DNA from: Saprospiraceae bacterium
GTDB lineage: Bacteria; Bacteroidota; Bacteroidia; Chitinophagales; Saprospiraceae
Assembly (NCBI GenBank): GCA_017996375.1
Contig: JAGOHC010000001.1
Location: forward strand, 1-62,873
Length of the DNA: 62,873 bases
Direction: 5' to 3'
The position numbers and the translations under genes were made by a program. Positions 48,860 to 58,819 of this stretch are shown here, piece after piece; within the stretch, counting starts at the first letter, position 1, and each line of letters begins with the position of its first letter. The notes beneath the pieces are model-generated. The model saw only the letters and a list, made by a program, of their open reading frames with translations, was not told where the DNA came from and searched no databases.

Positions 48860-50674
48860 ATGGGGTACTTAAAAATAAATTCACTCCTCAGTTGTTTGTT
48901 AGGTTTGTCGCTGCACCTGACAGCCCAGTTTCAGTTGCAGTATCAATGTACGCCTGCGATTGATAGTGTGCTTATTCTTAGAATTGACAATACTCGTCTT
49001 TTTGGCGATACTGCCGCCATCTTTCAACACATCAATCAAATAGTACGCGGATTGCATCACGAAGGATACATCGCTGCATCAGTAGATAGCCTTGTGCAAG
49101 CAGACAGTCTTAGCATGACCGCATACCTCCAAGTAGGGCGTAGCTATAAATGGGTATCCGTCAATACAACGCCTACAGCTGCCAACTGGTTAGAGCGCAG
49201 TGGATTCCGCCCATATTCATGGAAAAACAAACCTTTTTATTACACCGCTTGGTTGCAAATGCGTGAAAATACTTTACAGACGTTGGAGAATAACGGCTAT
49301 CCGTTTGCAGTCATCCGATTGGATAGTTTGTCGTGGCAGGAGGAATCTCTTTCGGCAACTATTGCTGTACAGCCCAACAAATTAATGTATTTTGACTCAA
49401 TACATTTAGACGGTGATGCTCGCATCAGCAGCAAATATTTGTCGCAATATTTAGACATAAAAAAAGGAAGCATTTATAACCAAAGTATTATAAAAAAGGT
49501 GAGAGTCAGGTTGCAAGAGTTGCCGTTCGTACAAGAAAAAAAAGCACCAACAATCACATTTAAGGGAGATAAATCTATCGTTAATTTATACTTGGGACGC
49601 AAAAAAGCCAGCAAGTTTGATTTCTTGATAGGTGTGGCACCACCCACAACTACCACTGCAACCAACTTGCCCAATGCACCACAAAAGTTGCTATTTACGG
49701 GGTTATTTAATATAGATGTGAGTAATCAGTTTGGCGTGGGAGAACGCATTGTGGTTGTGTTTGAACAGTTGCGCCCGCAAACGCAAAAGCTGAATCTGCA
49801 ATTCACTTACCCTTATGTTTTTAATCTGCCGATTGGTATTGATGCAAAATTTGATCTTTATCGCCGTGACACTTCTTTTTTGGATGTGACTTACGATGTG
49901 GGGTTTCAGTATCTGTTCGCCGGCGGCAATTACTTAAAAGTATTTTATAACAAAGCTACTTCTTTCTTGTTATCCGTTGATAAAACCTATTTAACTACCC
50001 AGCGCAAACTTCCACCTGCATTGGATGTGAGTAATACCTCTTTTGGCTTAGAGGTTTTGCAACAACGCTTAGACTATCGCTTCAACCCTCGCCGTGGCTG
50101 GAGTGCCTTCATTCGCGGAAGTGTGGGGGTAAAAAAAATAGATAAAAATAATGAGATAATTGCCTTCATCAATCCTGCATTTCCTGATTTTGATTACGCC
50201 ACGTTGTATGACAGCTTGCAATTACAATCGGTACAGTATAATGCCGTCACGCGCTTAGAGGGATACATACCGCTATTGAAACGCAGCGTCATAAAAGTTG
50301 CCCTACAAGGCGGTGGGATATTTACCTCACAACCTATTTATCGCAATGAGCAGTTTCGCATTGGTGGCAATCGCCTTTTGCGTGGCTTCAACGAAGAAGC
50401 ATTTTTTGTATCAAAATATTTGATTAACACTGCCGAATATCGCTTGCTGCTGGGGCAAAATGCTTATATGTTTGTATTTGGAGATATCGGTTTTATTGCC
50501 TCCGAAACGGACAAAATTGCTGTCTATGATACACCTATTGGCATGGGTGCTGGTATCACATTCGATACTAAAATTGGTGTGTTCAGCGTAAGCACCGCAT
50601 GGGGACGCACTCGCCAAAACAGCATTGATTGGCGGGCTGCAAAAATTCATTTTGGCTATGTAAATTTGTTTTAA
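48860..50674 (+). CDS. Omp85/BamA-family outer-membrane protein
   Basis: 604 aa with a signal peptide and POTRA-like N-terminal repeats. The C-terminal beta-barrel (GGNRLLRGF motif) ends in ...FGYVNLF. Confidence 0.6.
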   Translation: MGYLKINSLLSCLLGLSLHLTAQFQLQYQCTPAIDSVLILRIDNTRLFGDTAAIFQHINQIVRGLHHEGYIAASVDSLVQADSLSMTAYLQVGRSYKWVSVNTTPTAANWLERSGFRPYSWKNKPFYYTAWLQMRENTLQTLENNGYPFAVIRLDSLSWQEESLSATIAVQPNKLMYFDSIHLDGDARISSKYLSQYLDIKKGSIYNQSIIKKVRVRLQELPFVQEKKAPTITFKGDKSIVNLYLGRKKASKFDFLIGVAPPTTTTATNLPNAPQKLLFTGLFNIDVSNQFGVGERIVVVFEQLRPQTQKLNLQFTYPYVFNLPIGIDAKFDLYRRDTSFLDVTYDVGFQYLFAGGNYLKVFYNKATSFLLSVDKTYLTTQRKLPPALDVSNTSFGLEVLQQRLDYRFNPRRGWSAFIRGSVGVKKIDKNNEIIAFINPAFPDFDYATLYDSLQLQSVQYNAVTRLEGYIPLLKRSVIKVALQGGGIFTSQPIYRNEQFRIGGNRLLRGFNEEAFFVSKYLINTAEYRLLLGQNAYMFVFGDIGFIASETDKIAVYDTPIGMGAGITFDTKIGVFSVSTAWGRTRQNSIDWRAAKIHFGYVNLF

Positions 50675-50694
50675 CTCCTCAATAAAACTTTTCT

Positions 50695-52992
50695 TTACTG
50701 CACTACAAATTTTATCATTTGTTGTTGGTTGATGCGTATGTAGTACATACCTTTTTGCCATCGGCTGCTATCAATAATTTGTTGCTGCGTAGCAGTGTTA
50801 GTCGTCCAAATTATTTGTGATAAAACGTTATACACTACTATATTTTGAATAATTGCATCATCACTTACAATATGTAATGCACCACTTGTCGGGTTCGGAA
50901 AAATGCGAATCGCCGTAGCTGATATATCTTCTGTGCCAACCGATGTGCAAATGTTAGCCGCGCCAAAAGTAGGCAATATAGTGGGCTGAAATTCGCCCGT
51001 ACCATCTGGGCAACGCGCCAAGCTGGCATCATCTGTCTGGTCCAAAAACTGAAGACTATCTAACAAAACGGCTGCGGCATCCACATCCTTAGAGAGCAAT
51101 ACCTCGTCGCCACTTTTGCTGATTTTGAAATTAGCATGATAACCGTATTGTCGGCTGTCTTCATCGCACCATACCGTTACGTAGCCGTTTGCTGGAATAA
51201 CAGCATAATCAGGAAATTGCCACTCTGCCCAATCGTTAGGGCTATTGGAAAGGAAGCAAGCTGCTAACGAAATAGGTGCATTAGTATTATTTTTGAGCTC
51301 TACCCAATCTTCGCGCTGCCCGTTGGCATCCTCAACGCCGACAGTATTAGCCGCCAGCACTTCGTTTATCGTTAGGCTGCCACTTGCAATGCTCGGTACA
51401 GCAGCATGAATGGAGTAAAATTCGTACTCGGCACGTTGCGGAGCGAACTTTGCAGCTAGACTGTTTTCGGCAAAAATGTAATATTCGGTAAGGGCAGATT
51501 GCAGGGGCAACATAGCACCATAAACGCCGTCACCGGCTATGCCGTCTTGGTGTGCACCATCGTCAAACATATCAATTTTGGTAAATATATCTGGTGTGCG
51601 ATAACGATAGGCTAACTTTACATTAGTAGCATCGGTAACGTGCGCATTTATCCAAACATTGCTGAATACCGTAGGTGTTAGCTGTAATACTTGCACGTTG
51701 GAAATAGTTGGAGCTGTTTGGGTAAATTCTGTAGTGTTCATTAAATAATTAACACGTCCGTTCATAAGGTTGTAGATACCCATCGAACCCCAACCACCTG
51801 GACCGCCACTGCCATTGATATTAGAATAAAGGCTATTGTCGAACTGTGTATCTGTAAAAAATTTGTGGGGGTCAGTATAGTAAGCGTCTTGTACAATTGC
51901 TTGTAATTGTATGGCTCTATCCAAGTAGTAGCCAGTAACGAACATTTCTTCTGTAATAGTTTTTGCATGAGCGATGTACATTTTACGATATAGCGGGTTA
52001 GCCCAAATTTTCATAATTAATGGGTGATTGGTAGAGGTACTGTTAGCACTCAATGCGAGGTTTTTCATACCTGTAGAATCCAAATTGCTACCACCCGGGC
52101 CGCCGCCACTCAATGAACGGAAACCGCCGAAGCTCATGTTTAAATCCCAAACGATGCTGTTGAAACGGTTTGTTTCATCGCGGTAGAGGTAGTAGTTTTG
52201 GCGAAAGCCTCCAGTATAACTATCAAGGTTTACCAATACGTTATTAAAAGCGAGCATCCATATAGCGCGGTCAATATCCAATACTTTTTCTACCGAGGGT
52301 GTGTAGTTGTTGAGTGTATCGCAGAGGTTGATTAGGTGCTGCCAATCATCATCATTTTTCATTTCGTACCCGTTATAATACGATGACGGGTTTGTACCCA
52401 AATACCGCAAATCGGGTGAAACGCCGCCACCCGGACCCGCACCTCCGTGTGGGTTACATTTGATAAGAGTGCCATGGTTGGAGAAAAAATGTTCTCCTAC
52501 AAAGCGACCACCGATATGTTCGGCGGAGGAGTATAAACCCCAATATTCGCCGTTGATATATACCTTAGCAAAATTTGCTAATGACGCGTGCATGTAGTTG
52601 CGAAGAATTTCGTAGCTCAAGGCTTCGCGGATGAAAGAAGCATCCGAAAAACCATTGCCTAATTTTACGTCGGTGTACCCGTCATAATCTTGATTAGTTT
52701 TTATCCAACCTAAATCAATGTGCAAAGGGTTTTTGGCATTGTTAGCACTATACGAGCTGTTGCCTTTGTACTTCACACCTACACTGTCAAAGGGTACGCC
52801 GTTAATAACACATGAAGTAGCTAAAATATAACCCTCGCTGCCACTGTATGCAGTATCCAAGCGATAGTCCCAGTTAGTAAACGGGAATGTGAGTTGTATT
52901 TCCTGAATAGTGTTAATATCGTAAAAACTTTGCGCTCGAACGTTGATAACAAACGATGTGACTAACAACAAGCTGAGTAATGATTTTTTCAT
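50695..52992 (-). CDS. Secreted CotH-kinase-family protein with a lamin-tail domain and T9SS sorting domain
   Basis: 765 aa with a signal peptide. The CotH-like core includes VKLGNGFSDASFIREALSYEILRNYM...VYINGEYWGLY. The LTD is LTINEVLAAN...DWVELKNNTNAPISL. The tail is IFPNPTSGALHI...GMYYIRIN. Confidence 0.6.
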   Translation of the reverse strand: MKKSLLSLLLVTSFVINVRAQSFYDINTIQEIQLTFPFTNWDYRLDTAYSGSEGYILATSCVINGVPFDSVGVKYKGNSSYSANNAKNPLHIDLGWIKTNQDYDGYTDVKLGNGFSDASFIREALSYEILRNYMHASLANFAKVYINGEYWGLYSSAEHIGGRFVGEHFFSNHGTLIKCNPHGGAGPGGGVSPDLRYLGTNPSSYYNGYEMKNDDDWQHLINLCDTLNNYTPSVEKVLDIDRAIWMLAFNNVLVNLDSYTGGFRQNYYLYRDETNRFNSIVWDLNMSFGGFRSLSGGGPGGSNLDSTGMKNLALSANSTSTNHPLIMKIWANPLYRKMYIAHAKTITEEMFVTGYYLDRAIQLQAIVQDAYYTDPHKFFTDTQFDNSLYSNINGSGGPGGWGSMGIYNLMNGRVNYLMNTTEFTQTAPTISNVQVLQLTPTVFSNVWINAHVTDATNVKLAYRYRTPDIFTKIDMFDDGAHQDGIAGDGVYGAMLPLQSALTEYYIFAENSLAAKFAPQRAEYEFYSIHAAVPSIASGSLTINEVLAANTVGVEDANGQREDWVELKNNTNAPISLAACFLSNSPNDWAEWQFPDYAVIPANGYVTVWCDEDSRQYGYHANFKISKSGDEVLLSKDVDAAAVLLDSLQFLDQTDDASLARCPDGTGEFQPTILPTFGAANICTSVGTEDISATAIRIFPNPTSGALHIVSDDAIIQNIVVYNVLSQIIWTTNTATQQQIIDSSRWQKGMYYIRINQQQMIKFVVQ

Positions 52993-53215
52993 AAAATATG
53001 GATAAAAAATATGGTAACTGATTATATCTAATGACTATAACTTAGATTGTTTATGGGTAATTAATTATTATTTTAACAAATTTTTAACATTTTAATTGGG
53101 TTTAATTTTCATAATATCCACAACTTTGTCGGCTTTTACAGAAAAGGAACACCTCCCGAAGTTTCCTCAAATAAACTACTAAAAATATCCGTTTGGGTAC
53201 AAATAACAGCAATTC

Positions 53216-54745
53216 ATGATACCACAAATAAAAACCTTAGGAGTATTACGTCAGTCGGGATATCAACCCGTGGGCATCAAAGAAGAACTACGTAGAAATC
53301 TCATCACAAAATTAACAAAAAAAGAAAATGTTTTTGAGGGTATTCACGGTTTTGAAGATACCGCCATACCAGACATAGAACGAGCCATACTCTCGCGACA
53401 TAACTTCTTGCTTTTAGGATTGCGCGGACAAGCCAAAACGCGCTTGGCGCGGCTGCTCGTCAACTTGTTAGACGAATACATCCCGATAGTTGCCGGCAGC
53501 GAAATCAACGACGACCCGTTTGCACCTATCTCGCGCTATGCACTAAATATTATTGCCGAAAAGGGTGATGATACGCCTATTGAGTGGTTACACCGTTCAC
53601 AACGCTATGTTGAGAAATTAGCTACGCCCGATGTTACTGTTGCCGACCTTATCGGCGATGTTGATCCCATCAAAGCAGCCAACCTCAAATTATCGTATGC
53701 CGATGAGCGCGTTATTCATTTCGGATTGATTCCTCGTGCCAACCGCAGTATTTTTATCATCAACGAATTGCCGGATTTGCAGGCACGCATACAAGTTGCG
53801 CTGTTCAATATATTGCAGGAGGAAGATATTCAAATTCGTGGCTTTAAGCTACGCTTGCCTTTAGATGTACAATTTATTTTTACCGCCAACCCCGAAGATT
53901 ATACAAATCGAGGCAGCATCGTTACACCACTCAAAGACCGCATCGAAAGTCAAATACTCACACACTATCCGAAAAATATAGAAATAGCACAAAAAATTAC
54001 GGAGCAAGAGGCAAGGCTCACAGCAGAGCAACGCAAGCGCATTTACGTACCGCAATTATTAAAAACTCTTATCGAAGAAATTGCTTTTGAGGCGCGTGAA
54101 AGCGAGTTTGTAGATGAGAAAAGCGGCGTTTCTGCCCGCCTCACCATTTCTGCTTACGAAAATTTAGTAAGTACAGCCGAGCGACGGATGTTGCTCAACA
54201 ATCAGCCTTTTACCACGGCGCGTTTGGTAGATTTTTGGGGCGTTGTGCCTTCTATTACTGGTAAGATAGAGCTTGTGTACGAAGGGGAACAACAGGGTGC
54301 TTATGCTGTTGCTATGGAACTGCTTGGTGGTGCCATCCAAAAGGTGTTTTTAGAATATTTCCCCAACCCCGATAAGCTAAAAAAGAAGACCGACAAAGAC
54401 CCCTACGCAACCATAAAAGATTGGTTTACGGCAGGAAATCATGTAGAATTTTTGAATGACGACAATGACGATACCTACCGCCGAAGTTTGCTTAAAGTGG
54501 CAGGATTAAAAAAATTGCTTGAAAACTCCAGCATAAAAGAGGAAGACCAATTTGCTTTCATGGAATTGGTTATCAATGGATTAGCTGAATTTGATTTATT
54601 AAATAAAGAGTTTTTAGAATCAAAGTTACAGTTCCGCGACCTGCTCGCCGATATGCTCAATGATATGGACGAAGACGAAAGTTTTGATGATGAAGATGGC
54701 GATGAAACTGACGACGACGATGGCAATCGCTTTTGGGATAATTAA
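53216..54745 (+). CDS. AAA+ ATPase of the Mg-chelatase/MoxR-like type with an acidic C-terminal tail
   Basis: 509 aa with a Walker A-like LLGLRGQAKT and a Walker B FIINELPD. The last 35 residues are about 60% Asp/Glu (DEDESFDDEDGDETDDDDG). Confidence 0.55.
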   Translation: MIPQIKTLGVLRQSGYQPVGIKEELRRNLITKLTKKENVFEGIHGFEDTAIPDIERAILSRHNFLLLGLRGQAKTRLARLLVNLLDEYIPIVAGSEINDDPFAPISRYALNIIAEKGDDTPIEWLHRSQRYVEKLATPDVTVADLIGDVDPIKAANLKLSYADERVIHFGLIPRANRSIFIINELPDLQARIQVALFNILQEEDIQIRGFKLRLPLDVQFIFTANPEDYTNRGSIVTPLKDRIESQILTHYPKNIEIAQKITEQEARLTAEQRKRIYVPQLLKTLIEEIAFEARESEFVDEKSGVSARLTISAYENLVSTAERRMLLNNQPFTTARLVDFWGVVPSITGKIELVYEGEQQGAYAVAMELLGGAIQKVFLEYFPNPDKLKKKTDKDPYATIKDWFTAGNHVEFLNDDNDDTYRRSLLKVAGLKKLLENSSIKEEDQFAFMELVINGLAEFDLLNKEFLESKLQFRDLLADMLNDMDEDESFDDEDGDETDDDDGNRFWDN

Positions 54746-54798
54746 GGGTTTATGAACAGAAATATTATGTGACAATTTAATCCAACTATACCACAACT

Positions 54799-54834
54799 AA
54801 AAAGGGTACTGCAAAAAATCGCAGTACCCTTTTT
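54799..54834. terminator. Bidirectional intrinsic terminator between convergent genes
   Basis: The sequence is AAAAAGGGTACTGC aaaaaatc GCAGTACCCTTTTT. The 9-bp GC-containing stem is flanked by an A-run and a T-run. Confidence 0.85.
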
Positions 54835-54867
54835 AATATAAACCTTGATTGTGAACAATATGCTAAA

Positions 54868-57800
54868 TTACTGTTTAATCAATTTCACTACCGTAGTAGG
54901 TATTTTGTCTCCCGTCGCACGTAGCAAATAGATTCCTTTCGGGCAAGTCGTTAAATCAAAATTATGCGTGATATAATCGCCTGTCGAAACCCCTATTCGT
55001 TCAATTTCCTGACCTAACATATTGACAATTTGCAGTTGTCCGCCACCTAAAAGTTTAGACATGGTCGTAACAGAAAAGTATCCGTTAGATGGGTTCGGGC
55101 TAACCAAAAGCAACGCCGTTCCGCTATGCACCATTACCTGCCGGCTATCCGATTGTGCCGTATGTCCGGTGCTTAAACTCTTCATGCGGATACGGTAATA
55201 GTTAAACCCTGCAGTTGGCGTTTCATCCTGATAGAAATAATTCGCAGCCGTTGATTGTGCTCCATGCCCCGCCATCGTACCGATAGTAGTAAACGCAATG
55301 CCATCAAAAGAGCGTTCAATATCAAAAATATCGCCAACCACTTCATTACGCGACTGCCACGATACATTTACATTATGTTCTGTTGTTTCCGCAATGCGAA
55401 AGTCCTCTATTGTTCCAATTAATGGACACGGCTGAACAGTAATGGTAATCACGTTTGATTCTGTGACCACTCCTGGGCAGCCCGATACATACGCACAGCG
55501 CACAAAGTAAGTTGTTTGTGTCAGCACCGGCGGTTGATATTGCGGTCCGGATACACCCGGAATCACTACCCAATCGGGGCTATTAAATGGGCTATATACT
55601 AATGATTGCATCCAAATATATTGGAATGTATCACCATTGCCAGCTAATGCCGGAGAAAGCTCTACGATAGGTGCAGGTTGTACGCCATGACATATCGTTT
55701 GGTTATGTCCAATTGTGCCACCACTATACGGAGCAATACAACCTACCACTACACCAACATCTAAGTCATTATAATTTTGGCAAGCTCCGATGGTAATTGT
55801 GTTAGACATTGCAGTTGTCGGATTAATATCGCTATCTGTTGCCTCCGTACCAGTAGTAACATTCGGTGTGGTAAAATTATAGGTAAATGCTAAATCAGAT
55901 GTTATCTTGTACGTACCCGCCGGAACACTAAATTGATAGTGTCCATTGCTTTCAGATATATAGGTTTGCGTAATACTCTGACCAGAAGTGGATGTTCCCG
56001 TTAGGGTAATAGTAAATCCACCAATACCTGGTTCGCCTGCATCCTGAATGCCATTTCCGTTTAAGTCGTTCCAAACAAAATCACCTATTGTTGCATTACC
56101 CTCATTAGTGCCTACCGTTGTTGTGCCTACTTTCGTACATCCATTGGCATCCGTTGCCGTAACAGAATAAGCCCCCGCAGCAAGATTGCCGATGGTGCTG
56201 CCCGTTGCGCCGTTACTCCAAATGTAGGTATAAGGTGCCGTACCGCCCGATGCACTCGCAGTAGCTGTACCCGTATTGCTGTTGCAACTTGCTGCCGTTG
56301 CACTCATATTCACGGAAAGAGATGAGCTATTACTACCTGTAACAACAACACTGGCTACACCTGAACATCCGTTGGCACTCGTTGCCGTAACCGTATATGT
56401 GCCTGCTGCTAAGTTACCAATACCGCTACTCGTTGCGCCGTTGCTCCAAATGTAGGTATAAGGTGCCGTACCGCCCGATGCACTCGCCGTGGCTGTACCC
56501 GTATTGCCACTACAAGTAGTGGCTGTTTGTGTTGTGGTAACGTTAATACTGCCCGTACTTGATGTAACCATTGTTGTGCCTACTTTCGCACATCCGTTGG
56601 CATCCGTTGCGGTAACAGAATATGTGCCTGCGCCCAGACTACTGATGCTGCTTCCTGTTGCACCGGTATTCCAAATGTAGGTATAAGGTGCTGCTCCACC
56701 TGATGCGCTCGCCGTGGCTGTACCCGTATTACCACTACAACCCGTTGATGGTGTTGAAGTTACGTTAATAGCAAGGTTTGCATTATTGGCAGAAATAATA
56801 GCTACTGACGCTACACCTGAACATCCATCACTACTTGTTGCGGTAACAGAATATGTACCTACTGCTAAACTGCCGATGCTGCTTCCTGTTGCGCCAGTAC
56901 TCCATACATACGTATAGGGTGCTGTGCCGCCCGATGCACTCGCCGTGGCTATACCAGTACTTCCTGCACAAAGGGTTGGCGTACTTGTTGCGGTTACTGC
57001 TATTGCACCACCATTGCCTGATGTCACGGTGGCTGCACTTACTTTTGTACATCCGTTGGCATCTGTTGCTGTAACGGTATATGTACCTGCTGCTAAGTTG
57101 CCAATGGTGCTGCCTGTTGTGCCATTACTCCATACATAAGTATAGTTTGGCGTACCGCCGGTAGCTTCTGCTGATGCGCTGCCTCCACCATTACAGCCTG
57201 CATTATTGGCAGTAACAGTCAAGTTAATAACTGGTGGTTGCGTGACGATTACTGTCTCTATGTCTGCACATCCATTTGTATCGGATACTGTAACGCTGTA
57301 TGTACCTGGAGCTAAATTGGCTATATCGGGTGAGTTAGGTGCGCCATTGCTCCATGTGTACGTATATGGCGGCACACCCAGCATAGCAGTTATGTGTATT
57401 GTGCCGTTATTACCACCAAAACAAGTAACGTTTGTGTGTGATGCCATAATCCAAACGCCTTCCTCTGCCATGGCTACAATAGCTGCTGTAGTAGCAGTAC
57501 ACCCGGTTGCGTCTGTGACGGTTACGGTGTATGTGCCCGCATCCAAGCCTGTGGCTGTTATAGCTGTTTGCCCATTTGACCATTGGTAAGTATAGGGCGG
57601 TGTCCCATTGTAAGGTATCGCCGTAGCACTACCGTTGTTACTGAGTACGCAATCTTCGCGGGTTGCTACATACGTTACACCTAATGCGGCTACTGTATTA
57701 ACAAATCCTTGTGCAGCGATGGTTGCTCCGGTAGCATCCGTAACAGTTACGTAGTAAGTTCCTCCAGCTAAGTCGTTGAGGGTTTGGGCAGTTGCTCCTG

Positions 57801-57999
57801 TATTCCAATGGTAGCCATAAGGCATAGTTCCTCCGGTGACATAGGCAGAGGCTTTCCCGTTATTGCCACACCCGCCAGCATTGCCTGTGGTAACAGTTAT
57901 GGATAACTGAGCATAGGTTGTGAGTTGTAATGCTAACAGTAGCATGACTCCAAAAATTCGCCTGCCATATCGCAGGTTTGCAAGTTTAAATAGGTTCAT
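54868..57999 (-). CDS. Giant T9SS cargo/adhesin: eight SprB-type repeats, SdrD-B-like domain, pre-CTD module, sorting domain
   Basis: 1043 aa with a signal peptide. Eight units have the form C..N.G.A.A.A.GG..PYTY.WS.GAT...I..L.AGTY.VT.TD..GC. It also has GDFVWNDLNGNGIQDAGEPG and the tail SPNPSNGYF...GIYLLRA. Confidence 0.75.
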   Translation of the reverse strand: MNLFKLANLRYGRRIFGVMLLLALQLTTYAQLSITVTTGNAGGCGNNGKASAYVTGGTMPYGYHWNTGATAQTLNDLAGGTYYVTVTDATGATIAAQGFVNTVAALGVTYVATREDCVLSNNGSATAIPYNGTPPYTYQWSNGQTAITATGLDAGTYTVTVTDATGCTATTAAIVAMAEEGVWIMASHTNVTCFGGNNGTIHITAMLGVPPYTYTWSNGAPNSPDIANLAPGTYSVTVSDTNGCADIETVIVTQPPVINLTVTANNAGCNGGGSASAEATGGTPNYTYVWSNGTTGSTIGNLAAGTYTVTATDANGCTKVSAATVTSGNGGAIAVTATSTPTLCAGSTGIATASASGGTAPYTYVWSTGATGSSIGSLAVGTYSVTATSSDGCSGVASVAIISANNANLAINVTSTPSTGCSGNTGTATASASGGAAPYTYIWNTGATGSSISSLGAGTYSVTATDANGCAKVGTTMVTSSTGSINVTTTQTATTCSGNTGTATASASGGTAPYTYIWSNGATSSGIGNLAAGTYTVTATSANGCSGVASVVVTGSNSSSLSVNMSATAASCNSNTGTATASASGGTAPYTYIWSNGATGSTIGNLAAGAYSVTATDANGCTKVGTTTVGTNEGNATIGDFVWNDLNGNGIQDAGEPGIGGFTITLTGTSTSGQSITQTYISESNGHYQFSVPAGTYKITSDLAFTYNFTTPNVTTGTEATDSDINPTTAMSNTITIGACQNYNDLDVGVVVGCIAPYSGGTIGHNQTICHGVQPAPIVELSPALAGNGDTFQYIWMQSLVYSPFNSPDWVVIPGVSGPQYQPPVLTQTTYFVRCAYVSGCPGVVTESNVITITVQPCPLIGTIEDFRIAETTEHNVNVSWQSRNEVVGDIFDIERSFDGIAFTTIGTMAGHGAQSTAANYFYQDETPTAGFNYYRIRMKSLSTGHTAQSDSRQVMVHSGTALLLVSPNPSNGYFSVTTMSKLLGGGQLQIVNMLGQEIERIGVSTGDYITHNFDLTTCPKGIYLLRATGDKIPTTVVKLIKQ
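56124..57880 (-). repeat. Tandem 225-228-nt coding repeats (SprB-type units)
   Basis: A 42-nt string, ccaaatgtaggtataaggtgccgtaccgcccgatgcactcgc, occurs identically at 56218 and 56446 (228-nt period). A close copy starts at 56671. Confidence 0.85.
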
Positions 58000-58373
58000 C
58001 GAATTTTAATTTAAAAGGTGAGTAAATTTTGTATAAATAATAGCAAGCATCTGTTCTGAAAGAACAGAATAAGTGCATAAAAAGCCATGAAATAAAAAAG
58101 GTGCTGTAAAAAGGCAAGTCAAATACCTTGAGAAAGGCTAAACCCATTGGGCTTTAGGGCTGCACAAATATACAACAATGTTTTAATACCTGTCAATATT
58201 TGCAGTAATTTATAATAAATGATTCTGCAAATAAGTTTGATAGTGGTCGGTCTGTTTTTATAAAAAATGTCGCTCGGAAGCAGAAATACAAATTAATTAT
58301 TTATCTTAGCGACCTGAAACCATTTTCAACACTTTTTTTGCCTTCATTGCTTTACTAAAATTTGTTGTATTGT

Positions 58374-58808
58374 ATGCGGTTTATTGCGATTATTCTATTG
58401 GTTTTACTCGCTTGTTGTGATATAGCTCAAGCACAAGTAGTTTACTTCCCAGAATCGGAGCCTGTAAGTACTGTTTTTACGGTATCAAAACAAATGCAGC
58501 GTCCAGTACTAATGAAATTTTATACCGATTGGTGCGTACAATGCAAACGCATGGATGAGGAGGTATTCGGCGATGTGGCTACAAGCACCTATATCAACGA
58601 AAATTTTATCGCAGTAAAGGTAGATGGCGAGCTTTTGAAAGACTATGAGTTCGTTGAAAAGTATGCCATAAAAGCATTTCCTACTACTTTAATTTTAGAC
58701 GAAACCGGCAAGGTATTGAGTCGTCTGATTGGTTACTACGGTCAGATACCGCTAAACGAAGAGCTTCGTAGTGTTATTCGCACCCGCCAAGCTACTGCCC
58801 GAAATTGA
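58374..58808 (+). CDS. Thioredoxin-fold protein (CxxC), secreted
   Basis: The start is moved to ATG 58374 (MRFIAIILLVLLACCDIAQAQ). The redox motif is WCVQC. Confidence 0.6.
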   Translation: MRFIAIILLVLLACCDIAQAQVVYFPESEPVSTVFTVSKQMQRPVLMKFYTDWCVQCKRMDEEVFGDVATSTYINENFIAVKVDGELLKDYEFVEKYAIKAFPTTLILDETGKVLSRLIGYYGQIPLNEELRSVIRTRQATARN

Positions 58809-58819
58809 TTTTTTTTTAC

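Noticed and set aside
56489-57589. A series of plus-strand ORFs (63-127 aa) and a regular periodicity of about 228 nt that could superficially suggest a repeat array such as CRISPR
   Set aside because: The period is a multiple of three and in frame with the 1043-aa minus-strand SprB-repeat protein. The repeats are about 225 nt with no short unique spacers. The plus-strand ORFs are antisense artefacts of the repeats.
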